62,807 bases of DNA, filler included, from 6 parts of 6 records of this genome joined end to end with filler, not necessarily neighbours in it, one strand, 5' to 3'. Counted from the whole stretch's first letter, positions 50,403 to 61,088 are shown. A program made the numbers and translations. Notes: generated by a model from the sequence alone, not told the origin.

Positions 50403-51644
50403 AGGTGTTTCAAGATAGATAACTTCAGGTGTTTTAAACTCTGCTTCAATGCTGAAACGGTTTAAAAGCTGATGTTCCAGAATCTCTATCTGAATTTTCC
50501 CCATAATATTTATAAATAACCGATTATCTTCTTTAAACCATTCAAAGTTGAGTGACGGATCTTCATCGGTAAGCACCTGAAGCGCTGTTACCAGTTCTCG
50601 AAGCTTTGAAGGATCTTTGGGAGTGACTTGTGATCTTAGAACAGAAGTTCCTAAAGAGCTTATCTTAGGTACATTTGAAATGTCACCAATGATGTCTCCG
50701 GCTTTTACCGATTTCAATCCGCAAAGAGCTGCAATTTCACCCGCGGAAAGAGAATCAATATCATTAAGTTTTGCGCCATCAATTTCCTTTATCTGGGATA
50801 TTTTTTCAGGTTGTCCACCATGAATTGTTACGGTATCTCTGCTTGTTAAACTTCCCGAAAAAAGTCTAACTGCGGCAATTTTTCCAAATTGTTTGTGGTT
50901 GGTTACGCTGAAAACTACACCTGAAACAGGGCCGTCATGTTCTTGTGGAGCAGGCATTAGATCAGTGACTGCATCAAGGAGTTCTGTGATTCCTACACCT
51001 TTAATTGCTGAAGTTGCAATGACGGGAAAGATGGATCTTTGTGCGCAGCTTTGAGCCAGAACCTTTTTAAGGTCACAAAAGGGGATGTCAGCTCCTTCAA
51101 GATATCTTTCAAGCAGTTTTTCATCTTGTTCAACGATTAGTTCAGTGAGCTCAGGAGTAATTAAATTGTCTATAAAAAGTGGAGTGATTCGAGAGCTGAA
51201 CTCATTTTGTAAAGACTTAACAACTGAGTTAAAGTTTGAGCCTATCCTATCAATTTTATTTATTACGATAATTGTTGGAATATTTAATGAATTCAGAGCA
51301 TTCCACAGTGTTTCAGTATGAGCCTGAATGCCGTCAACTGCTGAAACAACAAGAATAGCGCCATCTAGAACACGTAGAGACCTTTCAACCTCACAGGAGA
51401 AATCCGTGTGACCCGGAGTATCAATGATATTTATCGTTGTGTCTTTCCATTTTAAAGAAGTTACAGCTGATCGCACGGAGATACCGCGCTCCCTTTCAAC
51501 ATCCATCCAGTCAGTGTGAGCGGTCCCTGAGTCAACTCTACCTGCAGCTCTAATTGAAGCGGTCTTAAAAAGAAGCTGTTCAGTCAGAGTTGTTTTGCCC
51601 GCATCAACGTGAGCGATTATTCCAATATTGCGAAGCTTATTCAA
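50403..51644 (-). CDS. TetM/TetO-like ribosomal-protection-family translational GTPase, 3'-truncated
   Basis: AHVDAGKTTLTEQLL, G.VD.GTAHTD, ERERGIS, DTPGH, NKID and MGKIQIE motifs; TTG start. Confidence 0.8.
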
Positions 51645-51650
51645 TCTTAT

Positions 51651-52511
51651 TTAGATGGTCATCAGACCTTTGATAACAATAAAGAGTATTCCTGCCACAA
51701 AATAGGCAAATCTATAGAAAGATCTTTCGGTAAGAAAACGTTCTCTTGAAAAATCAAATCTGTATGTCATAAGTTTCCTTGCAACATGAATGAATCCGGC
51801 TGCAATAAAAGGGAAAACAATGATGATATTTACCGTTTTTACGATTGATATCCAAGTCAGATAAATAGTAGCTCCGGCAAAAAGGATAAATGATACAACA
51901 GCCCAGGATTTTTTTCCGAAATACACTGCTCCAGTCAAGGTTCCAGCCTCCTTATCAGCTTCATAATCAATTAATTCATGATTGATATGACCGGCAGAAA
52001 AGAGAAGGGCGAAATAGATGGAAACATAAAGTGAATAGCTGTCAGTAGGCTTGATCACAGAATATCCCATTTCAAAGTGAAGTACCTGTCCGACAAAGTG
52101 AATTAAGGTGCCAAGAACGGGTTTGTATTTAAATCCTTTTTTAGGAAAGGAATATACCATCCATAAAAAGAAACTGACGATAGAACTAATAACTAGGAAA
52201 GAACTTAGCAATGAAAAAATTATTAAAAAAGCAGATACAAAAATAATTAGAGAAAACAGGAAGAATTTTCGCTTTCCCTTTAAGGCACGCAGTCTGATAT
52301 TCTTTTCATCTTCAGCCATACCAGCCCATCCGTTAAAGGAATAGACGGCAGAGCATAGAAAGAAAACACCAAGAATAAAAATAAGAATATCTTTACAAAA
52401 AATATCTTGAATCGAATCAAACGCTACAAGAGTTCCTGTAATTGGAAAACCGATCATTAATGCAACTTCGGCACTTCTTGCAGATTTTAAAATTGAAATG
52501 ATTTTTTTCAT
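51651..52511 (-). CDS. UbiA-superfamily prenyltransferase
   Basis: Multi-TM protein with N......D..N.R, YSFP...K and E..D.EAD..AG motifs; first Asp-rich motif is degenerate. Confidence 0.75.
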   Translation of the reverse strand: MKKIISILKSARSAEVALMIGFPITGTLVAFDSIQDIFCKDILIFILGVFFLCSAVYSFNGWAGMAEDEKNIRLRALKGKRKFFLFSLIIFVSAFLIIFSLLSSFLVISSIVSFFLWMVYSFPKKGFKYKPVLGTLIHFVGQVLHFEMGYSVIKPTDSYSLYVSIYFALLFSAGHINHELIDYEADKEAGTLTGAVYFGKKSWAVVSFILFAGATIYLTWISIVKTVNIIIVFPFIAAGFIHVARKLMTYRFDFSRERFLTERSFYRFAYFVAGILFIVIKGLMTI

Positions 52512-52633
52512 AAATTCTCCTAAAGTACTGTCTATTTATATTGCATCACAAAGCATTAGTAAAGATTTGTTAAAAATTTGCCACTCCAGGTTTTTTCTGT
52601 ACCATTTCCCTGTTAATGATCATGGAGGAAGTA

Positions 52634-53335
52634 ATGGACGCAAATGAAATTATCCGTTTTATAAGCGAATCAAAGAAGAAGACACCTGTAAAAGTTTTTT
52701 TTAAAGGTGATATTGAAAGTGCTGATTTTTCAGAAAATGTGGAAAGCTATCTTGGAAAAGACCACATTCTAATTTGCGATGAGCTTGATGCTGTGAATAA
52801 GTTCGCTTTGAAAAATCAAGGTCTTGAGATGACAAGAATAGAGCATGATAGGCGCAACTCAGCTGTTCCTTTAGCTGATCTAACAAAATATAACGCAAGA
52901 ATTGAGCCAGGTGCTTTTATCCGCGACATGGTAGAGATCGGTGATAACTGTGTCATTATGATGGGTGCTGTGATAAATATCGGAGCTGATATTGGATCAG
53001 GCACAATGATAGATATGAATGTTGTTATCGGCGGCAGGGCGATGGTTGGAAAAAATTGTCATATTGGAGCAGGAACTGTTCTTGCCGGAGTCGTTGAACC
53101 ACCAAGTGCGACACCTGTTATTGTTGAAGACGGTGTTCTTATGGGTGCCAACGCTGTTGTACTTGAAGGAGTGAGAATTGGAGCAAACTCAGTAGTTGCA
53201 GCTGGTGCAGTGGTAACTAATGACGTTCCTCCCAATACTGTTGTTGCCGGAGTTCCCGCAAAGATAATTAAGCAAGTAGATGAGAAGACAAAGTCTAAAA
53301 CTGAAATAGTAGACGCTCTTAGAAAACTTAATTAA
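52634..53335 (+). CDS. dapH: Tetrahydrodipicolinate N-acetyltransferase
   Basis: [10 protein letters not shown]...[23 protein letters not shown], hexapeptide repeats and [18 protein letters not shown]. Confidence 0.92.
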   Translation: MDANEIIRFISESKKKTPVKVFFKGDIESADFSENVESYLGKDHILICDELDAVNKFALKNQGLEMTRIEHDRRNSAVPLADLTKYNARIEPGAFIRDMVEIGDNCVIMMGAVINIGADIGSGTMIDMNVVIGGRAMVGKNCHIGAGTVLAGVVEPPSATPVIVEDGVLMGANAVVLEGVRIGANSVVAAGAVVTNDVPPNTVVAGVPAKIIKQVDEKTKSKTEIVDALRKLN

Positions 53336-53418
53336 CTTCCTGATTTTTATCACAATATCTTTATGGAATCCTAATTGCTTAATTAGTAATGTTGTTTTTT
53401 GCTATCAGAGGTTTTGAA

Positions 53419-55773
53419 ATGAAGAGAATTCTTGTTGCGATGTTGTTATTGATAACGTTTTATTCCTATGGACAGACTGTGGACATCACTGTTCCAGAGT
53501 TTGAAGTTATAGAAACAGGAACCCACAGTATCCCGAAGATTAAAGGCTATGAATTAGACGGTACAGGTGAGAAGATCGTTCTGCCGTACAAAGATCTTGT
53601 TTTTAATGGAAAGATCACAAAGGTAGAGATAATTGAAAAAGAGAACGTCACTTTTAAAAAGCCTCTAAAAAAAGGGTCGCCACTTATAAGACTTTCTGAT
53701 CTTTCAAGAGTCAAACCCATAGATGCTTCACAGAAACTGCTTCCTTCCATTGATAAGTTCACATTTATTAGTGAGCCTTCATTTAAAAGAGAGCAGCAGG
53801 TTTTCAGGATGAAGTTCTATCCTCTTATTCCACTTGGCGAAACAAAAGGGCTCCTCATTAAAAAGATAAGAGTTCATACAGAAGGGACGAGCTATAACGT
53901 AATGACTGCTAAAAAGGGCAGAGACTCCATGATAGTCCTCACCACTGAATTCTTTAAATCAAACTCTAGAGAGCTTTCAAACTATATAGATGCAAAAAGG
54001 GCTGATGGTTTCAAAATAGATGTTTTTACTGAGAATGACTTTGGAGGAGAAGACCTTAAAGGCCCTGAACTTGTTGAAAAGATAAGAGTTTTTCTTCGTT
54101 CTATTTATAAAGAATACTACTTCCTTCTTATCATTGCTGATCCGACACCTGGTGGAAAAGGTATTCCGATGATAACCACAAAACCAAATTTTCAGGAAAC
54201 TGATAGCCCTGAATATGATGCTGTTCCAACAGATATCTTTTATGCTGAGATAAGTGAGCCGATGAATTCAAACGGTAACAATATCTATGGCGAAAGGTCA
54301 GATGGCATAAAGCTCGATTTTGAACTTGTTGTGGGAAGAATTCCTTTTTATCGTGAGAATTATCAGGATGCGGACAAGATACTTAGAAGAACAATAGAAT
54401 ATATTCAGGAAAAACCGTCTGAAGCAACATACAGAAAGAAGATGCTTTTTCCAACATCCATTGCCTACTATCCGATGCAGGACGGTAGAATGGGTATGCC
54501 TAAGATGGATGGCGCTTATGTTGTGAGATATCTTGAGCAGAATACACTGGACGATTCTTTTACAACAAAGACCCTTGTTGAAAAAAGTGGTGATGATCCT
54601 TCTGAATATACTGATGAAGAGGAGCTTTCCTACAGCAGTCTTCTTTCAAACTGGAATGACGGTTATGGCGCAGTTTACTGGATGGGACACGGGATGCCTA
54701 CATACTCTGTAAAAACCATTTGGGCAGGCGATAGAAATGGGAATGGATATGCTGACAGTTATGAACTAAAGTCTGAAACGTTTGTAGATTCTGAAATGAC
54801 TGAAAGTATGAAAGATCTTAGTCCATTTGTTTTTATGGGAAGTTGTTTGAACGGAACTGTTGAGAATGCTAGAAATCTTGGATTTAAAGTGTTGTTGAAT
54901 TCTGCAGTTGGTGTTATTGCTTCATCTCAGGTCTCTTACGGATCAATTTTTAAGGATTATCATACTGGATCAAATGATCTTTTCTCCTATGGTGCTGTTT
55001 TTATTGACGCTTTGGCAGACAATAATTTCCCAGCATGGGTAATGCAGTATACAAAAGAAAAGTGGTCAAACTCATCAGTTCTTTTAACAGTTAAATATGA
55101 AACGAACTATCTTGGAGATCCTTCACTTAGAATGAATATTCAGGAATGCAGTGAAGATAGTGAATGTGATGATGGTATTTTCTGTAATGGTACAGAGGTT
55201 TGTGGAGAAGGATTCTGTCAGAAGAATTTTGACGCACTTCCATGTTCAACAAAAGATAATGGACTTTGCGAAAGCAATGTTTGCAGTGAAGATACAAAAT
55301 CCTGTGAAATTATGCCGAGACCGGATGGCTTCTTTTGCGGCACAACGGAGAACCTCTGTTTTGAACGTAAAACTTGTCAGGCAGGAGAGTGTCTTGATAG
55401 TGATGGAGTTGATTGCTCACATTATGACAGTGTCTGTTCTCAGGGAAATTGCAACCCAAAAACAGGAGAATGCGAGGCAACGTCGTTAAATGAAGGTAAA
55501 GACTGTGATGATGGAAAATTCTGTACAGTGGACGGAACATGTAAAGAGGGCGTCTGTGCAAGTGCTGAAAGAGAACTCGAAGGCACTAAACCCTGCACAA
55601 AGACAGTTTGTAATAACAGCACTGAAGATTTCTCGTTTCTAAGTGATATTGATCAGAATTGGAAAGAATGTGAGAACTCAGAAGGTGACAAGGGAACTTG
55701 TTACTATGGTGTTTGTGAGATTAAGGAAGTTCAGGAGAATAACAGTACAGGATGTTCAGCCACTCTTCTTTAG
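53419..55773 (+). CDS. C25 (gingipain-like) cysteine peptidase with Cys-rich repeats and GCS tail
   Basis: Signal peptide; TD.FY, VGRIP, catalytic GHG and SC.NG, and LGDP motifs; CDDG.FC repeats; ends NNSTGCSATLL. Confidence 0.85.
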   Translation: MKRILVAMLLLITFYSYGQTVDITVPEFEVIETGTHSIPKIKGYELDGTGEKIVLPYKDLVFNGKITKVEIIEKENVTFKKPLKKGSPLIRLSDLSRVKPIDASQKLLPSIDKFTFISEPSFKREQQVFRMKFYPLIPLGETKGLLIKKIRVHTEGTSYNVMTAKKGRDSMIVLTTEFFKSNSRELSNYIDAKRADGFKIDVFTENDFGGEDLKGPELVEKIRVFLRSIYKEYYFLLIIADPTPGGKGIPMITTKPNFQETDSPEYDAVPTDIFYAEISEPMNSNGNNIYGERSDGIKLDFELVVGRIPFYRENYQDADKILRRTIEYIQEKPSEATYRKKMLFPTSIAYYPMQDGRMGMPKMDGAYVVRYLEQNTLDDSFTTKTLVEKSGDDPSEYTDEEELSYSSLLSNWNDGYGAVYWMGHGMPTYSVKTIWAGDRNGNGYADSYELKSETFVDSEMTESMKDLSPFVFMGSCLNGTVENARNLGFKVLLNSAVGVIASSQVSYGSIFKDYHTGSNDLFSYGAVFIDALADNNFPAWVMQYTKEKWSNSSVLLTVKYETNYLGDPSLRMNIQECSEDSECDDGIFCNGTEVCGEGFCQKNFDALPCSTKDNGLCESNVCSEDTKSCEIMPRPDGFFCGTTENLCFERKTCQAGECLDSDGVDCSHYDSVCSQGNCNPKTGECEATSLNEGKDCDDGKFCTVDGTCKEGVCASAERELEGTKPCTKTVCNNSTEDFSFLSDIDQNWKECENSEGDKGTCYYGVCEIKEVQENNSTGCSATLL

Positions 55774-57417
55774 TTTCTGAACTTCTTTGACGATCTTTCT
55801 GGTCATTTCAACTGGATGATAATCAGAAAAAATACCGTTGGCCTTTAAAGCTTTAGCCGTTGTCATAATATTCTTTTCAATAGAGAACTGAGAAAAGAAA
55901 TAGAATGGAATTCCGGCAAGTGCCGGCTTATGCTTGATCGCAGATAAGAACTTCAATGGTGTGATCTTGCTTTGCGGTATATCAATGTCACAGAGTATAA
56001 AGTTAAGAGTATCCTTTTTCGCTTTAATTATCTGTGCAGCTTTTTCGATCTTTTCCGCTTTATATGTCTTAACGTTAAGTCTATTAAGCTTTTCAGCAAT
56101 ATCATCGACATCAAAACGCTTTCTACTTATTATTACTGCCTCAAGATGCGGCATATTGGAATAGGCAGGCATGGAATCTATCTGCTGCGTTTTCTGAAGG
56201 GCATCAACAAGTTTGTCAGGAAAGAAGTTAAGGTCACATATCTGGTTAAAGACAGTAGGTGCAGGAATATTACTTATTCTTGTCATATAATCGAATGTAT
56301 CAGCAATAAGAAGGATCAGAGATCCGGTAGGAACTTCAGTAAGCCGAAGTCCATGTGGCAGTCCGACTCCGTTATATGTTTCATACATATTTGAAAGGTA
56401 ACTGAAAGTCAGTCTTGAAAGTTCGACGGTTGAAAAAAGTTTTGTTGCGACTTTAGAATATTTTATGATCTTTTCAGGATCGATCCTGTTTTTAACATCC
56501 ATTGCAGTAACATGATTCTTTTTTCCAACATCATGAAGGTAGGATGCTATAAGAAGATCATGAAGCTCAACCTCTGAAAGGTTCATCTGTTGTCCAATTT
56601 CCTGAGACATTGCAGCAACTCTTTGGGTGTGTCCAAAAAATAGCGGATCTCTTGATGAGTCAAGCAGATTGGCAAATATTCTTAAAAGTTCTACGATCTG
56701 ACCTTTTTGTTCTGCAGCCCAACCAGGCATTAAACTGATCATTGAGGCAGTAACTGAAGTAGTGTCACGACCATTCAGGAGTTCACCCTGATTAACGATC
56801 ATTGAAAAACTTTCTTTTTTATCCTGAGCTCTTTTTTCAAGACTGTCTTTTGCAATATCCTCAATAGTGCTGCCCATGTTCTTGTTGCCATCCATGCCAA
56901 GAACAGCTTCGTTCCCCGGCATCATGAGGTTCATGTCAACACCCTTTTTAACGAGTCTTTCAAAAGCCTGAAGGTCACCTTTGTACTGTTTATAAACCAG
57001 TGCTTTGAGGGCTCTGGCATGCGTAACGACTGTTACAACAGTGTGTACTCCGGTAAGAAGGACTTTAAGCTCATCAAGTAGCGCAATGTTCTGCGGTTCA
57101 TGAGTAAGTATGGTTAACCGAAAGCTGTTAAAGGAATACTTTAGAGGAAAAATATTTTTTTCAATAGCAAGCTTTTCAGGAATAACATCAGTAGGTGTTT
57201 TTACAGGCATTTTTTCAAGCTTTTCAGATGATATGTATTGAACGTTGAATCGTTTTGACAAGTAGTGAAGAAGATCACTTTCAGAGATAGCTTCCATTTG
57301 GAGAAGTATTTCACCAAGATAACCTGGATGATTTTTCTGATAGGCTAGAGCTTCCCTCAGATCTTTTTCTGTGATCAGTTTTTTATCTAAAAAGTATCGA
57401 CCGACTTTAACTCCCAT
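55756..57417 (-). CDS. MshEN/T2SSE_N + degenerate HD-GYP + receiver-like protein
   Basis: KVG...L..AL..Q....LGEILL; HTQRVA...LHDVGK; E.YNG.GLP.GL; C-terminal ILCDID. Confidence 0.8.
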   Translation of the reverse strand: MGVKVGRYFLDKKLITEKDLREALAYQKNHPGYLGEILLQMEAISESDLLHYLSKRFNVQYISSEKLEKMPVKTPTDVIPEKLAIEKNIFPLKYSFNSFRLTILTHEPQNIALLDELKVLLTGVHTVVTVVTHARALKALVYKQYKGDLQAFERLVKKGVDMNLMMPGNEAVLGMDGNKNMGSTIEDIAKDSLEKRAQDKKESFSMIVNQGELLNGRDTTSVTASMISLMPGWAAEQKGQIVELLRIFANLLDSSRDPLFFGHTQRVAAMSQEIGQQMNLSEVELHDLLIASYLHDVGKKNHVTAMDVKNRIDPEKIIKYSKVATKLFSTVELSRLTFSYLSNMYETYNGVGLPHGLRLTEVPTGSLILLIADTFDYMTRISNIPAPTVFNQICDLNFFPDKLVDALQKTQQIDSMPAYSNMPHLEAVIISRKRFDVDDIAEKLNRLNVKTYKAEKIEKAAQIIKAKKDTLNFILCDIDIPQSKITPLKFLSAIKHKPALAGIPFYFFSQFSIEKNIMTTAKALKANGIFSDYHPVEMTRKIVKEVQKLKKSG

Positions 57418-57483
57418 TGCAACTCCTATGGCAGTAGTTTATTTAAACGACCAGTATGGAAAGACAATAATACTCATATAGGG

Positions 57484-57583
57484 NNNNNNNNNNNNNNNNN
57501 NNNNNNNNNNNNNNNNNNNNNNNNNNNTTAATTAATTAANNNNNNNNNNNNNNNNNNNNNNNNNNNNNNNNNNNNNNNNNNNN
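57484..57583. other. Artificial contig spacer
   Basis: N44-TTAATTAATTAA-N44. Confidence 0.98.
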
Positions 57584-59278
57584 GTGATCGACCAGACAGC
57601 GTACCAGTGGGGCGATCAATCGTACCGTACGCCAGCATTCGAAGAAATGATCGTGTATCAGCTGCATGTCGGTACGTTTTCCGGCCGCAACGATGGTGGG
57701 TCAACGCCAGGTACCTATCGAGACGTCGTTGATCTGCATCTGCAGCACCTCGTGGATCTGGGTGTGAACTGTGTTCAACTATGTCCGATTACCGAGTTCC
57801 CCTGGGATTATTCCGGTGGATATAACCCGATCACCCAATATGCACCCGAATGGAAATACGGCGAAACGGATGACCTGAAATACATGGTCGACCGACTTCA
57901 CCAGAATGGCATAGCAGTCATCCTGGATATCGTCTGGAATCATTTCTCACCGAGTGACAACTTCCTCTGGGAATACACGCCATACCAGGTGTATTTCGAT
58001 GATCCTGCATTCGATACCCAATGGGGAGCACAGGCGGATTTTGATCGTTGGGAAGTCGCGGATTACTTTGCGGACAGTGCACGCGTCTGGACAGACATCT
58101 ACCACATGGATGGATTCCGGATGGACGCCACCGATTTCATGCGTGCGCCGAATGGGCAGGCATCAGGCTGGGGTCTCATGCAGCGATTCAACAACGAACT
58201 CGATAATCGTGCAGCTCAGAAGATCGCGATAGCAGAACATCTTCCGGATGACTACTACGCAACCCGTTCAACCAGCCAGGGAGGTGCGGGATTCGATGCT
58301 CAATATCACGACCGGTTCAAGTACGCCATGCAGGATGCAATCCACGCCGCTGCGATGGGCGATCCGGACATGAACGAGATCCGCAACTGCATCATGGGTG
58401 ATCTGAACGACGGCAATAATATGTTTGCAGTCGGTCAGTCTCCTGCAAAGCTGCTGCGTTACTTCGAATTGCATGACGAATGCTGGGGTGAAAATGGAAA
58501 GTCCAGAATCATCACCCAGATTGATACAACCTCTCCGCATAATGACGAATACGCCCGCGGACGTTCATTGTTCGGCCACGGTCTGACGATGTTCATGCCG
58601 GGTATTCCCGCATTTCACCAGGGAGCCGAATTCCTTGAAGACACCGCATTCGGTTCGGATGCTCCATTTACACCAGAAGCACAGCTCGACTGGACCAAGC
58701 CCGCGACATACTCTAATTATATGAAGGCATTCAAGGATATGATTCGCGTTCGCAAAACCAATGGTGCTCTTCGTGCCGATGGTGGCGTCGAAGTAAATCA
58801 CGTCAATGACGGTGATAACATCATCACGATGCATCGCTGGAACGGTGATGGAAATGATATTCTCGTGGTGGCAAGTTTGAACAACAGTGACAGGAACAAC
58901 TACCAGGTTGGCTTCCCGCAGGGTGGCCGCTGGTATGAACTGTTCAACAGCCAGGCATCCGTGTATGGCGGCAACGGAAGCGGCAACGGTGGATTCGTTG
59001 ATACATCCGCCGGTGGACAGGATGGCTACGGTCAGTCAGCGTACATTACCGTGCCGCGTATGAGCGTAACGGTCTTCCGCTACAACGATCCACCGGAAGG
59101 ATGGGGCAACGGCGACCTCGACAACGACGGTGATGTCGACCTGTACGATTGCTGTCTGTTCCAGGCCTGTGCGGCCAGCGGTTCGAGCTGCACTGTGGAT
59201 GCGGATCTCGACAACGATGGCGACGTCGATACCAGCGACTGGGCAATCATGGAAGGCAACCTCGACGGGCCGCAATAA
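57584..59278 (+). CDS. GH13 alpha-glucan enzyme (GlgB/TreZ-like) with dockerin-like tail, 5'-truncated
   Basis: Y.LHVGTF, DIVWNH, GFRMDA, IAE and HDE motifs; two DLDNDGDVD repeats at the C-terminus. Confidence 0.88.
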   Translation: MIDQTAYQWGDQSYRTPAFEEMIVYQLHVGTFSGRNDGGSTPGTYRDVVDLHLQHLVDLGVNCVQLCPITEFPWDYSGGYNPITQYAPEWKYGETDDLKYMVDRLHQNGIAVILDIVWNHFSPSDNFLWEYTPYQVYFDDPAFDTQWGAQADFDRWEVADYFADSARVWTDIYHMDGFRMDATDFMRAPNGQASGWGLMQRFNNELDNRAAQKIAIAEHLPDDYYATRSTSQGGAGFDAQYHDRFKYAMQDAIHAAAMGDPDMNEIRNCIMGDLNDGNNMFAVGQSPAKLLRYFELHDECWGENGKSRIITQIDTTSPHNDEYARGRSLFGHGLTMFMPGIPAFHQGAEFLEDTAFGSDAPFTPEAQLDWTKPATYSNYMKAFKDMIRVRKTNGALRADGGVEVNHVNDGDNIITMHRWNGDGNDILVVASLNNSDRNNYQVGFPQGGRWYELFNSQASVYGGNGSGNGGFVDTSAGGQDGYGQSAYITVPRMSVTVFRYNDPPEGWGNGDLDNDGDVDLYDCCLFQACAASGSSCTVDADLDNDGDVDTSDWAIMEGNLDGPQ

Positions 59279-59645
59279 GCACACTCTGACTGCCTGGTCA
59301 GACTGGTTCTGACCGGAACTTGCTATTCAATGGATCGGCACGGATTAACTATTCTGTGTCGATCTTTTTATTGTTCGGCCGAAATAGATCCGAAAGTTCC
59401 GAATCTCCCCATATCCGACCTGGATGCGGAATCCCCGCTTCATGTCGATCTTCGGTAAGAACTCGACAGGGGGGAATCCCCGCGATGCTCTGCTCATACG
59501 TGATTCAGTCACCCCGCCAGGAGAAGGTCGCGATATTTCGCAACCCATCTTCGGTCATACTGCGGTCTGCAGCCGACCGGGCACCGACGGCGGATGGGGA
59601 TACGCCTCCGGTGCCCCGCCAGGGGCTGAATACTCAAGCCTGTGT

Positions 59646-61085
59646 TTACCCACCGAGCAGAGAGAGCACGTTCTGCTGCTGGGCATTGGCAATCGCCAGG
59701 ACCGAATTACCTGCCTGCGTAAGAACCTGTGCACGGGTCAGTTCCGTGGTTTCCTCGGCATAGTCGGTGTCACGAATGATCGACTCCGAAGAACTCAGGT
59801 TCTCGTTGGTAATCTGCAGCTGGGTAATGTTGGTCTGAAGCGTGTTACGCTCAAAGGCGCCCAGGCGTCCACGCAGGGTCGAAACCTGGTCGATGACAGC
59901 ATTGACCACGTCCGAAGCCGCCTGGAAACTGCCGGATGACAGGGCAAGACGCTGACCATCCATCAACTCGGAGAGGTATCCGAGGTCACGCTGGCCAAGC
60001 TTGTTCGCCTGCATCGATTTAACACCGATGTTTTCCTGCTGATTGGTGTTGACGCGAGGGCCAAGCTGATACAGCGATCCGCCACCGGTGATGGAGAAAC
60101 TGCTGGTACCTTCACCAAATGCCTCGTCCAGGCGGATGTTGACATCGAGCAGGTATGAGTTCAGGTGAAGCTCAAGTCCATCGCCGACAGTTGGAGCACC
60201 ATTGATCGTGGCACCGGTATCGCGGCCGTAGGTTCGTTCAACGTTTCCGCTGTTTCTGTCGAGAGTGTCAAAGCTGGCACTCCCCACGACCTCTTTCACC
60301 AGGACGAACTCTTTTGAACCATACCCGGAACTCTCAATGTAGATTCCCTGGGTTGCGTCTGCCGGGTCTTTGAGACGTGCCGTGATACCACAGGCGTCTG
60401 TCTGGGCATTGATGGCTTCGACCATGTCGTTGGTGTCAGCACTGGCCGGGAAGTTAAGAGTGACGACACCCTCGGATCCCTGGATGTCCAGTGTCACCGC
60501 GGACGCCCCGATACCCGGACTATTGAAGGCAAGTTGCGCCTTCTGTGCGGATTGGGTGACATCCACTTCGACAGGGATAAAAGGCCTGGTTCCGAACTTC
60601 GCACTGAGAATCTCGACATCGCCGAGAGTGTTCCAGTCGACGCCACTGGTAATGTAATCCAGTGAACCGTCGAGCAGTTTTCCGCCTGCAAAGGTCGTCA
60701 CGTTGGCGATACGCGTAATCGACTCGATCGCCGAGTCAATCTGAAGCTGGTTCGCCGCAACTTCCTCTTCTGAAAAGGCACCGCTGTTCGACGCTTCAAT
60801 GAGCTTGGCATTGATGTCGGTCAACAGGGAACTGACTTCATCCAGCGCACCTTCGGTCGTCGCAATGACATTGATGGCACGCTGCGAGTTGTTGATTGCC
60901 TGGTTCAGTGCGCTGATTTCCGAACGCAGTCGTTCGGATACGATGAGTCCAGCTGGATCATCCGCACCGCGGTTGATCTTCAGGCCACTGGAGAGTCTTT
61001 CGAGTGCAATACTCAAGGAACCTTGAGAAGCACTCAGGTGCCGCTGCGTTACAACGGCGGGGATATTCGTAGTGATACGACTCAT
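59646..61085 (-). CDS. fliC: Flagellin
   Basis: RITTN, ERLSSGLKINRGADDPAGL, RGRLGA and IRDTDYAEE...VLSLL motifs. Confidence 0.96.
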   Translation of the reverse strand: MSRITTNIPAVVTQRHLSASQGSLSIALERLSSGLKINRGADDPAGLIVSERLRSEISALNQAINNSQRAINVIATTEGALDEVSSLLTDINAKLIEASNSGAFSEEEVAANQLQIDSAIESITRIANVTTFAGGKLLDGSLDYITSGVDWNTLGDVEILSAKFGTRPFIPVEVDVTQSAQKAQLAFNSPGIGASAVTLDIQGSEGVVTLNFPASADTNDMVEAINAQTDACGITARLKDPADATQGIYIESSGYGSKEFVLVKEVVGSASFDTLDRNSGNVERTYGRDTGATINGAPTVGDGLELHLNSYLLDVNIRLDEAFGEGTSSFSITGGGSLYQLGPRVNTNQQENIGVKSMQANKLGQRDLGYLSELMDGQRLALSSGSFQAASDVVNAVIDQVSTLRGRLGAFERNTLQTNITQLQITNENLSSSESIIRDTDYAEETTELTRAQVLTQAGNSVLAIANAQQQNVLSLLGG

Positions 61086-61088
61086 TGT

